DNA of 32,000 nucleotides from an uncultured Actinomycetes bacterium (GTDB lineage: Bacteria; Actinomycetota; Actinomycetes; S36-B12; CAIYMF01). The notes below the pieces were generated by a model that was not told the origin of the DNA, made no database searches, and was given only the letters and a program-made list of their open reading frames with translations. The DNA is taken from NCBI GenBank assembly GCA_963843975.1, contig CAWJMG010000001.1:420001-452000 (forward strand), given 5' to 3'. The position numbers and the translations under genes were made by a program. Shown one piece after another: positions 9,229 to 17,673 of this stretch; within the stretch, counting starts at the first letter, position 1; the number at the start of each line of letters is the position of its first letter.

Positions 9229-10626
9229 ATGAGCTCCATCACGAGCGCCGCCAAGCGGCCGAGGCACGGCCTGCGGGTCGCGGCCACGGTCGCGTCCGTC
9301 GCGATCCTGCTGACGAGCGGTGTCAGCTGGGCCGCCGCCGCCCGCTACTCCGGGAAGATCGAGAAGGTATACGCCGGCACCCAGGGCGGAGCGCTCGAGG
9401 ACGGCCAGCCCCTCACGATGCTCGTCGTCGCGAGCGACGACCGCACCGGCCTGTCCTACCAGCAGCGCAAGGCCCTGCACCTCGGGTACGAGGACTACGG
9501 CCAGCACACCGACACGATGATGCTCGTGCACCTGTCCGGCGACGGCCAGGACATCAGCGTCGTCTCGCTGCCGCGCGACACCCTCGCCCAGATCCCGGCC
9601 TTCACCGACTCCAAGGGCGAGAAGCGCAGCGCCCGCAAGGGCAAGCTCAACGTCGCCTACGCCCTCGGTGGCCCCCAGCTCATGGTCGCCACCGTCGAGA
9701 AGATGACGGGCGTCCCGATCGACCACTATGCGGAGATCAACTTCCAGGGCTTCCTCACCATGGTCGACTCGCTCGGCGGCGTCGAGGTCTGCCTGCCCAA
9801 GGCCACGACCGACAAGAACTCCGGCCTCGACCTCCCTGCCGGACGCCAGACGGTCGACGGTGCCCAGGCCCTCGCCTACGTCCGCGCCCGCTACATCGAC
9901 CCGAGCGCCGACATCGGCCGCATGAAGCGCCAGCAGAAGTTCGTCGCCGCCATGGCGAGCAAGGCACTCTCGGCCGGCACGCTCACCAACCCGCTGACCG
10001 TCGACCGCTTCCTCTCGGCCGTCGCCGACAGCATGAAGACCGACGACTCCCTCGGCACCGACCAGATGCTCGACCTCATCGACCGGTTCAAGGGCATCAG
10101 CCCCAGCCGGATCGCCATGACCACCGTGCCGATCTCCGGCGACGTGCGCGACCCCGACCTCGGCGACGTCCTGCTCTGGGACCAGACCAAGGCCAAGGCC
10201 ATGTTCACCGCGATGCGCGACGACCAGCCGATGGTGTCCGCCAAGCCTGCGAAGTCGGTCACCGTCGCGCCGAGCACGATCAAGCTGACGGTGCTCAACG
10301 GCACCGACGTCCAGGGCCTCGGCGCCAAGGCGGCCACCGATCTCACCGGCGTCGGCTTCGTGGTGGTCGGCTCGCCGGCCAACTCCCCCAAGCCCGTCGG
10401 CGCCGACACCGTGATCCGCTACGACGAGCGGTGGAGCGAGTCGGTCAAGACCGTCGCGGCCGCGCTGCCCGGCGCGAAGCTGGTGGCGGTCAAGGGGTTC
10501 GGCCCGACCTTCGAGGTCACCGTCGGCACCGGCTACACCGGCGCGCAGAAGGTCAAGGTCGTCGCGGCGTCGCCGTCGGCCACCGCCGACAAGCCCCGCA
10601 CGGCCGCCGACGACCTCTGCAGCTGA
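9229..10626 (+). CDS. LCP (LytR-CpsA-Psr) family cell-wall glycopolymer ligase with a LytR_C domain
   Basis: It has an N-terminal TM helix (VAATVASVAILLTSGVSWAAA). The LCP core is TMMLVHLSGDGQDISVVSLPRDT..INFQGFLTMVDSLGGVEV. The C-terminal LytR_C domain is LTVLNGTDVQGLGAKAA. The start could also be 9154. Confidence 0.88.
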   Translation: MSSITSAAKRPRHGLRVAATVASVAILLTSGVSWAAAARYSGKIEKVYAGTQGGALEDGQPLTMLVVASDDRTGLSYQQRKALHLGYEDYGQHTDTMMLVHLSGDGQDISVVSLPRDTLAQIPAFTDSKGEKRSARKGKLNVAYALGGPQLMVATVEKMTGVPIDHYAEINFQGFLTMVDSLGGVEVCLPKATTDKNSGLDLPAGRQTVDGAQALAYVRARYIDPSADIGRMKRQQKFVAAMASKALSAGTLTNPLTVDRFLSAVADSMKTDDSLGTDQMLDLIDRFKGISPSRIAMTTVPISGDVRDPDLGDVLLWDQTKAKAMFTAMRDDQPMVSAKPAKSVTVAPSTIKLTVLNGTDVQGLGAKAATDLTGVGFVVVGSPANSPKPVGADTVIRYDERWSESVKTVAAALPGAKLVAVKGFGPTFEVTVGTGYTGAQKVKVVAASPSATADKPRTAADDLCS

Positions 10627-10649
10627 GCCCGCGCCGTACGCTCTCGCGC

Positions 10650-10928
10650 ATGGCCATCCTCATCGACCCGCCCAAGTGGTGGCATCGCGAGCGGTGGTGG
10701 GGGCACATGGTGAGCGACACGTCGTACGACGAGCTGCACGCGTTCGCCGAGCAGCTCGGGGTGCCGCGCCGCGGGTTCGAGCGCGACCACTACGACATCC
10801 CCGAGCACCTCCACGGCGCGGCGATCGAGGCGGGTGCGGAGCTCGTCACCTCGCGCGAACTCGTCACCCGCATGACGGCGGCCGGGCTGCGCCGGCCGAA
10901 GTCCGGCCCGCGTGCGGAGACCGGCTAG
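10650..10928 (+). CDS. DUF4031-like small protein
   Basis: 92 aa from ATG 10650, within ORF frame 9177..10928. MAILIDPPKWWHRERWWGHMVSDTSYDELHAFAEQLGVPRRGFERDHYDIP matches my recollection of the DUF4031 family signature. Confidence 0.65.
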   Translation: MAILIDPPKWWHRERWWGHMVSDTSYDELHAFAEQLGVPRRGFERDHYDIPEHLHGAAIEAGAELVTSRELVTRMTAAGLRRPKSGPRAETG

Positions 10929-11128
10929 CCGCACGCGGTCTGGACGACGTCGAGGCGCACGGGCGGGGCGGGCAGCCGCAGGATCGGCTGCGGCGGCTCG
11001 ATGAGACGCACGGACGACTGGCCGATCATGTCGCGCGTCCGCACGGCGTACTGGCCGCAGGCGCAGATGAGGTACCGAGGGTCCTCGTGGGCGAAGAACG
11101 CGTGCTCGTGATCGACCAGAACATCCAT
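10925..11128 (-). CDS. Hypothetical 67-aa protein
   Basis: MDVLVDHEHAFFAHEDPRYLICACGQYAVRTRD.. starts at ATG 11128, preceded by GGGAGGG at about 6-nt spacing. I recognise no family. Its stop overlaps the DUF4031 stop in a CTAG palindrome. Confidence 0.45.
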   Translation of the reverse strand: MDVLVDHEHAFFAHEDPRYLICACGQYAVRTRDMIGQSSVRLIEPPQPILRLPAPPVRLDVVQTACG

Positions 11129-11255
11129 GGATGACCCTCCCCGGTGCCAGCCCATCCCGCCTGAAGCGGGCTGATGAACGGACCGTAACCCACACCGTGC
11201 AAGGGTTGCGAGTCGTTGCTGCAACATCTGTGTGAACTCTCAGACTCCTTGTCCT

Positions 11256-11282
11256 TCAAGGCTCAACGACCTGCGGCGATGT
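11256..11282 (+). promoter_or_regulatory. Weak variant of the flagellar-type promoter motif: TCAA-N15-GGCGATGT, about 140 nt upstream of the GAF-EAL gene
   Basis: It has the same 15-nt spacer as the five strong sites. It lies in the AT-richer intergenic region. The -10 half deviates at positions 2 and 8. Confidence 0.25.
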
Positions 11283-11386
11283 GTGTTTCATGAGTTGCAC
11301 GGAGGGTCACGCACGGTCGGAGTGGGATCGCTCCCAGCATCCTTCCATGAGCGGAGAGTGACCTGGCCCCGCCGCAGCTGCTCCGT

Positions 11387-11413
11387 TCAAGAATCGGCCG
11401 CACGGGTCGATGA
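11387..11413 (+). promoter_or_regulatory. Variant of the flagellar-type promoter motif: TCAA-N15-GTCGATGA, ending 7 nt before GTG 11420 of the GAF-EAL gene (possible leaderless mRNA)
   Basis: The spacer is exactly 15 nt. TCAA is closer to the classical sigma-28 -35 TAAA. The geometry matches the fliM site. Confidence 0.35.
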
Positions 11414-11419
11414 GAGAAC

Positions 11420-12631
11420 GTGGCCCGACACCGTCGTACCGGAACGGCTCAGCAGGTGGCCGACCTGCTCGAGACCGCCAAGACCTCGCTGCACCTGTCC
11501 GTCGCGTTCCTGTCGCGCCTCGACGGCACCACCCAGCACCTCGAGGTGGTGGAGGCCAGCGGGCCCGCCGCGCTGCTGTTCCGCGAGGGTTCGACCCAGG
11601 TGCAGGCCACGTCGTTCTGCCAGGCGATCCTCGACGGCGAGCTGCCGCCGGTGATCCCCGACATCACGAAGCACCCGAAGGCCATGAAGCTCCCCGCGGC
11701 GAAGATGCCGCGGATCCGCAGCTACGTCTCGGTGCCCGTCACGTTGTCGGACGGCTCGCTCTACGGCACGTTCTGCGCCGCCGGCCTCACCACGGACAAG
11801 GCCCTGACCAAGCGCGACCAGGCCCTCATGGAGGTGCTCGCCCGCGCCGCCGCCGTGATCCTCGAGCCCGAGATCCGCGAGCACGACCGCCGGGCCGACA
11901 TCGAGGGCAGGCTCGTGCCCCTCATGCGCGCGGGCGGCCCCGTCGTCGTCCTGCAGCCCATCGTGAAGCTCTCGGACGGCGCCCGCATCGGCGCCGAGGC
12001 GCTCTCGCGCTTCCCCGCCGAATGGGGGCTGGCGCCCGACGTCTGCTTCGCCCAGGCGCACAGCGTCGGCCTCGGCCACCGGCTCGAGCTGCTCGCCCTC
12101 GAGCGAGCCGCCGAGCACCTCGACGACGTCAGCGGCTACGTCGCGATGAACGTCTCCCCCGAGACGCTGCTGCTCCCCCAGACCCTCGACCTGCTCCGGA
12201 CGATCGACGCGGAGCGGGTGCTGCTCGAGCTGTCCGAGCACGACCCCGTCGACGACTACGACGTGCTCGGCGCGGCCCTGGAGCCGTTGCGGCGCAACGG
12301 GATGCGGCTCGCGATCGACGACGTCGGCGCCGGCTTCTCCTCGCTGCGCCACATCGTGCTGACCCGCCCGGACGTGATCAAGCTCGACCGGTCGATCGTC
12401 GACGGCGTCACGCACGACGACGTGCTCGCCACCCTCGCGCACTCCCTGGTGGAGTTCGGCCACGCCGCCGGCGCGGTCGTCGTCGCCGAGGGGATCGAGA
12501 ACGCCGAGGACGCCGCGACGCTGCTCGCCCACGGGGTCGACCACGGCCAGGGCTGGCACTTCGGCCGCCCGGGCCCGGCGGCGGACCTCGCCCCCGCCAC
12601 GGCGTACTCCCCAGCCTCGCTGCGGCGCTGA
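11420..12631 (+). CDS. GAF-EAL domain protein, probable c-di-GMP phosphodiesterase
   Basis: 403 aa. The N-terminal GAF-like block is SYVSVPVTLSDGSLYGTFCA. The EAL-domain residues are all present: GAEALSR, MNVSPE, LELSEH, AIDDVGAGFSSL, IKLDRS, VAEGIEN, GQGWHFGRP. Confidence 0.88.
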   Translation: MARHRRTGTAQQVADLLETAKTSLHLSVAFLSRLDGTTQHLEVVEASGPAALLFREGSTQVQATSFCQAILDGELPPVIPDITKHPKAMKLPAAKMPRIRSYVSVPVTLSDGSLYGTFCAAGLTTDKALTKRDQALMEVLARAAAVILEPEIREHDRRADIEGRLVPLMRAGGPVVVLQPIVKLSDGARIGAEALSRFPAEWGLAPDVCFAQAHSVGLGHRLELLALERAAEHLDDVSGYVAMNVSPETLLLPQTLDLLRTIDAERVLLELSEHDPVDDYDVLGAALEPLRRNGMRLAIDDVGAGFSSLRHIVLTRPDVIKLDRSIVDGVTHDDVLATLAHSLVEFGHAAGAVVVAEGIENAEDAATLLAHGVDHGQGWHFGRPGPAADLAPATAYSPASLRR

Positions 12632-12646
12632 CCGGCACGGAAGTCC

Positions 12647-12673
12647 TCAGGACGACGGGGCCAGGGCCGATGG
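12647..12673 (+). promoter_or_regulatory. Sigma-28 (FliA/SigD/WhiG)-like promoter candidate: TCAG-N15-GCCGATGG, upstream of the peptidoglycan hydrolase gene
   Basis: One of five same-strand intergenic copies with an identical 15-nt spacer. The -10 half matches GCCGATAA at 6 of 8 positions. Confidence 0.55.
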
Positions 12674-12731
12674 GGGGATGAAGTCCTCTACGGCGCACGG
12701 ATGCGCCTCTCGTCCCGACCCCGGAGCATCC

Positions 12732-13820
12732 GTGTCCATCGCCGAGATCTCGGCGCGCATCGCGCAGATCCAGCGCCAGACAGTGTCGCGTCCCGCAGCC
12801 GTCGAGCGCTTCGCCGGGCCGTCGTTCGCCTCGACCCTGGCTGCGCTGTCCCCGACCACCGACCCGGCCGCCCTCGGCAACGTCCCCTCCCCGGTCATCG
12901 ACACCACCGGCAGCACCGGTGCGGTCGGCCAGGCGGACGGCGACGACCTCGCTGCCTGGGCCTCACGCCAGGTCGGCGTCCCCTACGTGGCCGGCGGGCG
13001 CTCCCAGCAGGGCTGGGACTGCGCCGGGTTCACCCAGTGGGTCGCCAAGCAGTACGGCATCGACATCCCCGAGGTCTCCTGGCAGCAGATCAAGCAGGGC
13101 ACGCCCGTCGCCGACCTCGGCAGCGCCAAGCCCGGCGACCTGCTGTTCTTCCACGAGCCGAACGGCCACAACCGCGACCCATCGGCCCTCAAGGTCAACC
13201 ACGTCGGCATCTACCTCGGTGACGGGAAGATGGTCGAGGCGGCCAACCCGCGCGCGGGCACCCGCATCAGCACGGTCGACGCGAGCCACCTCGTCGGCAT
13301 CCGCCGCATCGCCCCCACCGGCGACGGCGTCGCGCGCACGCCCACGGAGGTGGCTGCGGCCGGCATCACCGGCGCGTCGCCCGTGCAGGGTGCCGCTGCG
13401 TCGGCCTCGGTCGCCGCACCGTCGTCCAGCGCCCAGCTCGGCCCGATGCAGCTCGTCGACGTCCTCAAGCAGGCCGGCTTCCAGGGTGCGGGACTGCGCA
13501 CGGCCTGGGCCCTCGCGATGCGCGAGTCGCACGGCCGCCCCGGTGCCGTAGGCGCACTGAACCCCAACGGCACCCGCGACCACGGCCTCTTCCAGCTCAA
13601 CGACATCCACCTCGGCAAGAACGTGGACGGCGGGCAGGTGTACGACGCGGTCGCGAACGCGAAGGCGGCGTACAGGATCAGCAACGGCGGCACGAGCTGG
13701 GGCGCGTGGGGCCTCGGCCACACCGGCTGGGCCGGGCACCTCGAGCAGTCGCAGCCGCAGTTCTACGCGCGCATCAACACGGCCTACAAGGCGTGGTACG
13801 ACCGCTTCCCCGGGGCCTGA
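12732..13820 (+). CDS. Bifunctional peptidoglycan hydrolase: NlpC/P60 endopeptidase domain plus C-terminal SLT-like lytic transglycosylase domain; no N-terminal signal peptide
   Basis: The NlpC/P60 block is GVPYVAGGRSQQGWDCAGFTQWV..NHVGIYLGDGKMVEA. The SLT-like block is AMRESHG..HGLFQLN..AAYRISNGG. GTG 12732 has a GGAG 5 nt upstream. Alternative start ATG 12678 lies only 5 nt after the promoter -10 element. Confidence 0.8.
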   Translation: MSIAEISARIAQIQRQTVSRPAAVERFAGPSFASTLAALSPTTDPAALGNVPSPVIDTTGSTGAVGQADGDDLAAWASRQVGVPYVAGGRSQQGWDCAGFTQWVAKQYGIDIPEVSWQQIKQGTPVADLGSAKPGDLLFFHEPNGHNRDPSALKVNHVGIYLGDGKMVEAANPRAGTRISTVDASHLVGIRRIAPTGDGVARTPTEVAAAGITGASPVQGAAASASVAAPSSSAQLGPMQLVDVLKQAGFQGAGLRTAWALAMRESHGRPGAVGALNPNGTRDHGLFQLNDIHLGKNVDGGQVYDAVANAKAAYRISNGGTSWGAWGLGHTGWAGHLEQSQPQFYARINTAYKAWYDRFPGA

Positions 13821-13877
13821 CCGCTGTCGTAGCCCCTCCGCTGCGCGAGTCGTGAGCGAGCCGAGAGGCGAACCCCC

Positions 13878-13904
13878 TCAGGGGCGGGCGCCACCACCCG
13901 ATGA
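13878..13904 (+). promoter_or_regulatory. Sigma-28-like promoter candidate: TCAG-N15-CCCGATGA, upstream of flgB
   Basis: Same architecture as the other copies. It shares an exact 15-mer, CCGATGAGGCAGGTG, with the flhA copy. The ATG at 13901 that opens the listed ORF lies inside this element. Confidence 0.55.
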
Positions 13905-13981
13905 GGCAGGTGAGCAGGAAGCTCGTCCAGGTATGCCAAGGAACAGGCCCGATCCGCATCCGCGGGTACGAGGAGTTCTTC

Positions 13982-14341
13982 ATGGACGGCGCGCTCGTCA
14001 TCCCTGCCCTGCAGGTGGCGCTCGACGGCCTTGCGCAGCGCCAGCGCATCTCCGCCGACAACATCGCCAACATCCACACGCCCGGGTTCCGCGCCCGAAG
14101 CGTGGAGTTCGAGAGCGCCCTCGACCAGGCCCTCGCGACCGACCCGTCTGCCGATGCCTCCAGCCTCTCCGGCGCCGTCTCCACCGGGTTCACCTCCGAC
14201 CCCGCGATGGAGAACGGCAACAACGTGAGCCTCGAGCGCGAGACGCTGCTCGGCCAGGAGACGAACCTGCGCTTCTCGCTCGCCGTCCGTGCCGTCGACG
14301 GCCGCTTCGGCCTCGTCCGCGACGCCCTCAGGACCACGTGA
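13982..14341 (+). CDS. flgB: Flagellar basal-body rod protein FlgB
   Basis: [38 protein letters not shown] is the rod-protein N-terminal signature. GAGGAG lies 6 nt upstream of ATG 13982. Confidence 0.88.
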   Translation: MDGALVIPALQVALDGLAQRQRISADNIANIHTPGFRARSVEFESALDQALATDPSADASSLSGAVSTGFTSDPAMENGNNVSLERETLLGQETNLRFSLAVRAVDGRFGLVRDALRTT

Positions 14342-14751
14342 TGGGCCTCTTCGACGTGTTCGCCGTGTCCGGGTCCGGCGTCAACCTCAACCGCGTCTGG
14401 ATGGACGCGATCTCCGACAACATCGCCAACGTCAACACGGTCAAGCGCACCTCCGAGAACGCGTTCCAGGCGCGGTACGTCGTCGCGCAGTCGGCCAACG
14501 GCTTCGCGGCCGGCGACCCGCAGGGCGTCGAGGTCGCGGGCATCGCGCTCGGCGACCCGAACGGGCGCGTGACCTACGAGCCCGGCAACCCCCTCGCCGA
14601 CGCCAACGGCAACGTGCGCCGCCCCGACGTCGACCTCGGCGACCAGATGACCCAGCTCATCCAGGCGCAGCGCGGCTACCAGGCCAACCTGTCGGTCATC
14701 CAGCGCGCCACCGAGTCGTACAACACCGCCCTGCAGATCGGTCGTGGCTGA
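14341..14751 (+). CDS. flgC: Flagellar basal-body rod protein FlgC
   Basis: [33 protein letters not shown].. and the C-terminal [14 protein letters not shown]. The ATG overlaps the flgB stop by 1 nt. Confidence 0.92.
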   Translation: MGLFDVFAVSGSGVNLNRVWMDAISDNIANVNTVKRTSENAFQARYVVAQSANGFAAGDPQGVEVAGIALGDPNGRVTYEPGNPLADANGNVRRPDVDLGDQMTQLIQAQRGYQANLSVIQRATESYNTALQIGRG

Positions 14752-15071
14752 TGGCCTTCGTCCCCGCGATCGGCGTCATCCCGCCGGTCACGCCCACGCT
14801 GCCCCCGGCGCCGGCCGCGCCGATCACCCCGGCGACCACCGCGCAGGCGACCAGCGGCTTCAGCAACGCGCTCACCTCGGCCGTCGACAACCTGGGCGCG
14901 GTCCAGGCGAGGGCCGACAACCTCTCGATGCAGGCGGCCACCGGCACCCTGCAGAACCCGCACGACTACCTGATCGCCGCGACCGAGGCGTCGCTCACCA
15001 CGCAGATGACCGTGGCCGTCCGTAACAAGGCCATCGAGTCCTTCAACGAGATCATGAGGATGCCGCTGTGA
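14751..15071 (+). CDS. fliE: Flagellar hook-basal body complex protein FliE
   Basis: 106 aa. [39 protein letters not shown] is a typical FliE C-terminus. The ATG overlaps the flgC stop by 1 nt. Confidence 0.88.
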   Translation: MAFVPAIGVIPPVTPTLPPAPAAPITPATTAQATSGFSNALTSAVDNLGAVQARADNLSMQAATGTLQNPHDYLIAATEASLTTQMTVAVRNKAIESFNEIMRMPL

Positions 15072-16648
15072 CCCAGCTGCTGCAGGACTCCCTGCGCCGC
15101 GCCCGCTCCGCGATGTCCGGCTTCACCGCCGGGCAGATCGGGGTCATCGTCGTCGGCGTCCTCGGCCTCGTGCTCGCCGGCTTCGCGTTCGTGCGCTGGT
15201 CGGCGGCCCCGATGGCTCCGCTCTTCAGCAACCTCGCCACGGCCGACGCGAGCGCCGTGGTGCAGCAGCTCGACAGCAGCGGCATCTCGTACGAGCTCTC
15301 CGACGGCGGTGCCACCATCCTCGTCCCGCAGGACAAGGTCTACGCGACGCGCCTCGCCATGAGCGCCCAGGGCCTCCCGGGCAGCTCGGACGGCGGCTAC
15401 TCGCTGCTGGACTCCCAGGGCATCACGACGTCCGAGTTCATGCAGAACGTGACCTACCAGCGCGCGGTCGAGGGCGAGCTCGCCAAGACCATCGAGGCCA
15501 TCGACGGCGTCGAGACGGCCAGCGTTCACCTCGCCCTGCCCGAGAAGAGCGTCTTCACGCAGGACTCCGACAAGCCGACCGCGTCGGTCATGATCGGCCT
15601 GCGCCCCGGCACCGCCCTCGAGTCCAGCCAGGTCACGGCGATCACCAACCTCGTGGCCTCCTCGGTCCCCAAGCTGACCGCTGCGAACGTGACCGTCGCC
15701 GACTCCACCGGCACGCTGCTGTCCAACAGCGCCGGCACGGGGATGGGCTCCTCCGCCCAGGCGCAGGTGCAGCAGAAGACCGAGACCCAGCTCGCCTCGG
15801 CCGCCCAGACGCTGCTCGACAACGCCGTGGGCGTGGGCAACGCCGCCGTCCGGGTGCACGCCGACCTCGACTTCGACAGCCGCGAGACCACCACGCAGAA
15901 GTACGACTACACGAACGGCGTGCCGCCGATCTCCAGCAGCAGCTCGTCCGAGAAGTACTCCGGCACCGGCGCCGTCCCCGGCGGAGTCATCGGCAACGGC
16001 ACGACGACCGCCACCGGCAACACGAACGGCTCTGCGTCGACCAACACATACGACAAGAGCAGCAGCACGCAGAACAACGCCGTCAACAGCACCCAGGAGG
16101 TGCGCACCGGGGCCCTCGGCACGGTCAAGCGCCTCACCGTCGCCGTCCTCGTCAATGACGCGAACGCCTCGGTCGACCCCGCCGTCCTCAGCTCGCTCGT
16201 CGCCAACGCCGTCGGCCTCGACGTGGCCCGCGGTGACAGCATCCAGGTGACGCCGATGACGTTCGACACCAGCGCCAAGGACGCCGCCACGGCCGAGGCC
16301 GCAGCAGCGGCCGACGCGCAGAGCAAGGTCGCGCTCTTCGACCTCGTGAAGAAGGCCGCCATCGGCCTCCTCGTGCTCATGGTCCTGGTGCTCGCGTTCC
16401 TGTCCTCCCGCAAGCAGCGCCGCCAGCTGATGGACGCCGAGGAGCTCGCCGCCATCGGGTTCGCGCCGCAGCCGCTCGCAATCACCCGCGGCGAGGGCGC
16501 CCTGGCCCTCGACGGTGCGGTCGTCGTGCCGGCTGCCGACGAGCCCCGTGCGATCGAGAAGCACGCCAACGACATCCAGGACCTGGTCGCCAAGCAGCCT
16601 GAGGAGGTCGCGCAGCTCCTGCGCGGCTGGATCGCGACCGGCCGATGA
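15068..16648 (+). CDS. fliF: Flagellar M-ring protein FliF
   Basis: 526 aa. It has an N-terminal TM segment, the block [36 protein letters not shown], and a C-terminal TM segment. It has a GTGA overlap with fliE. Confidence 0.93.
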   Translation: MTQLLQDSLRRARSAMSGFTAGQIGVIVVGVLGLVLAGFAFVRWSAAPMAPLFSNLATADASAVVQQLDSSGISYELSDGGATILVPQDKVYATRLAMSAQGLPGSSDGGYSLLDSQGITTSEFMQNVTYQRAVEGELAKTIEAIDGVETASVHLALPEKSVFTQDSDKPTASVMIGLRPGTALESSQVTAITNLVASSVPKLTAANVTVADSTGTLLSNSAGTGMGSSAQAQVQQKTETQLASAAQTLLDNAVGVGNAAVRVHADLDFDSRETTTQKYDYTNGVPPISSSSSSEKYSGTGAVPGGVIGNGTTTATGNTNGSASTNTYDKSSSTQNNAVNSTQEVRTGALGTVKRLTVAVLVNDANASVDPAVLSSLVANAVGLDVARGDSIQVTPMTFDTSAKDAATAEAAAAADAQSKVALFDLVKKAAIGLLVLMVLVLAFLSSRKQRRQLMDAEELAAIGFAPQPLAITRGEGALALDGAVVVPAADEPRAIEKHANDIQDLVAKQPEEVAQLLRGWIATGR

Positions 16649-17673
16649 GCACAGCGGTAGCCGTTCGCGGCGAGGAGATGACCGGCCTGCGCAAGGCCGC
16701 GATCCTCCTCGTCCAGCTCGGCCAGGAGGGTGCTGCGCGCGTCCTGTCGACGATGCCGCAGAGCGAGATGGAGGAGCTCGTCGCGGAGATCGCGCGGCTC
16801 CAGCACGTCGAGACCTCTATCGCCGAGTCCGTCGTCGAGGAGTTCGCCGAGACGATGAACGCGCGCTCGCTCGCAGCGCAGGGCGGTCTCGCCTACGCCC
16901 GGGAGCTGCTCGAGGAGGGTCTCGGCTACGACCGTGCCCGCGAGGTCATGGGCCGCCTCGAGGCCGCCATCTCCGAGCTGCCGTTCCAGTTCCTGCGCCG
17001 CACCGACGTCCGCCAGCTGCTCAGCTTCCTCCAGGACGAGCACCCGCAGACGATCGCGCTGGTGCTCGCGCACCTCGACCCGTCGCAGGCGTCGCTGATC
17101 CTGTCCAACCTCGACCCGCAGCTGCAGGCCGACGTCGCCCACCGCATCGCGTCGATGGACCGCACCTCGCCCGAGATCGTGAAGAAGGTCGAGGCGATCC
17201 TGCACCGACGGATGTCGAGCATCCTTCAGCCGCAGGAGATGTCGAGCGTCGGCGGCCTCGACCCGCTCGTCGAGATCATGAACCGGTCGGACCGCTCCAC
17301 CGAGCGCCTCATCCTCGAGGGCCTCGAGGCGATCGACCCGGCGCTGGCCGAGCAGGTTCGCGCTCTGATGTTCATGTTCGACGACGTCGTCATGCTCGAC
17401 AACCGCTCGGTGCAGGTGGTCCTGCGCGAGGTCGACATGAGCGACCTCGCCGTCGCGCTCAAGGGCGTCCGCCCCGAGGTGCGCGAGAAGATCACGAGCA
17501 ACCTGTCGACGCGTGCTGCCGAGAACCTGGCCGAGGAGATCGACCTGCTCGGCGCGGTCCGCATGTCCACGGTCGAGGAGGCGCAGGCCAAGATCGTCCG
17601 GGTCATCCGCCGCCTCGAGGAGCAGGGCCAGATCGTCATCCAGAGGGGCGACGATGACGCTTTCGTCGCCTGA
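16645..17673 (+). CDS. fliG: Flagellar motor switch protein FliG
   Basis: 342 aa. LTGLRKAAILLVQLGQEGAARVL.. and MFMFDDV (the MFxF motif). It has an ATGA overlap with fliF. Confidence 0.93.
   Translation: MSTAVAVRGEEMTGLRKAAILLVQLGQEGAARVLSTMPQSEMEELVAEIARLQHVETSIAESVVEEFAETMNARSLAAQGGLAYARELLEEGLGYDRAREVMGRLEAAISELPFQFLRRTDVRQLLSFLQDEHPQTIALVLAHLDPSQASLILSNLDPQLQADVAHRIASMDRTSPEIVKKVEAILHRRMSSILQPQEMSSVGGLDPLVEIMNRSDRSTERLILEGLEAIDPALAEQVRALMFMFDDVVMLDNRSVQVVLREVDMSDLAVALKGVRPEVREKITSNLSTRAAENLAEEIDLLGAVRMSTVEEAQAKIVRVIRRLEEQGQIVIQRGDDDAFVA

Noticed and set aside
11301-11363. Possible c-di-GMP-I (GEMM-I) riboswitch upstream of the EAL gene. The string GGTCACGCAC..GAGTGGGA recalls the start of the Vibrio Vc2 aptamer as I remember it.
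   Set aside because: The hallmark conserved elements of the class are absent: the GCAAAC-type tetraloop-receptor strand, the ACGCAAAGCC segment and the GNRA tetraloop. The resemblance is limited to about 10 nt and rests on memory. The region is kept only as a generic structured-leader observation.
13901-13981. ATG 13901 as the flgB start, and analogously ATG 31090 as the flhA start and ATG 25833 as the fliM start
   Set aside because: Each of these ATGs lies inside the promoter motif itself, either in the GATG of the -10 half or in the spacer. The added residues are not FlgB- or FlhA-like. Downstream starts (13982, 31174, 25863) have proper SDs or leaderless geometry.
16252-16648. GCCGATGA octamers at 16252-16259 (inside fliF) and 16641-16648 (the fliF/fliG junction)
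   Set aside because: Neither has the TCAR element at the fixed 15-nt distance. The second is simply the codons plus the ATGA start-stop overlap. Other partial hits (14150, 15208, 24113, 28528, 29490) fail the same test.
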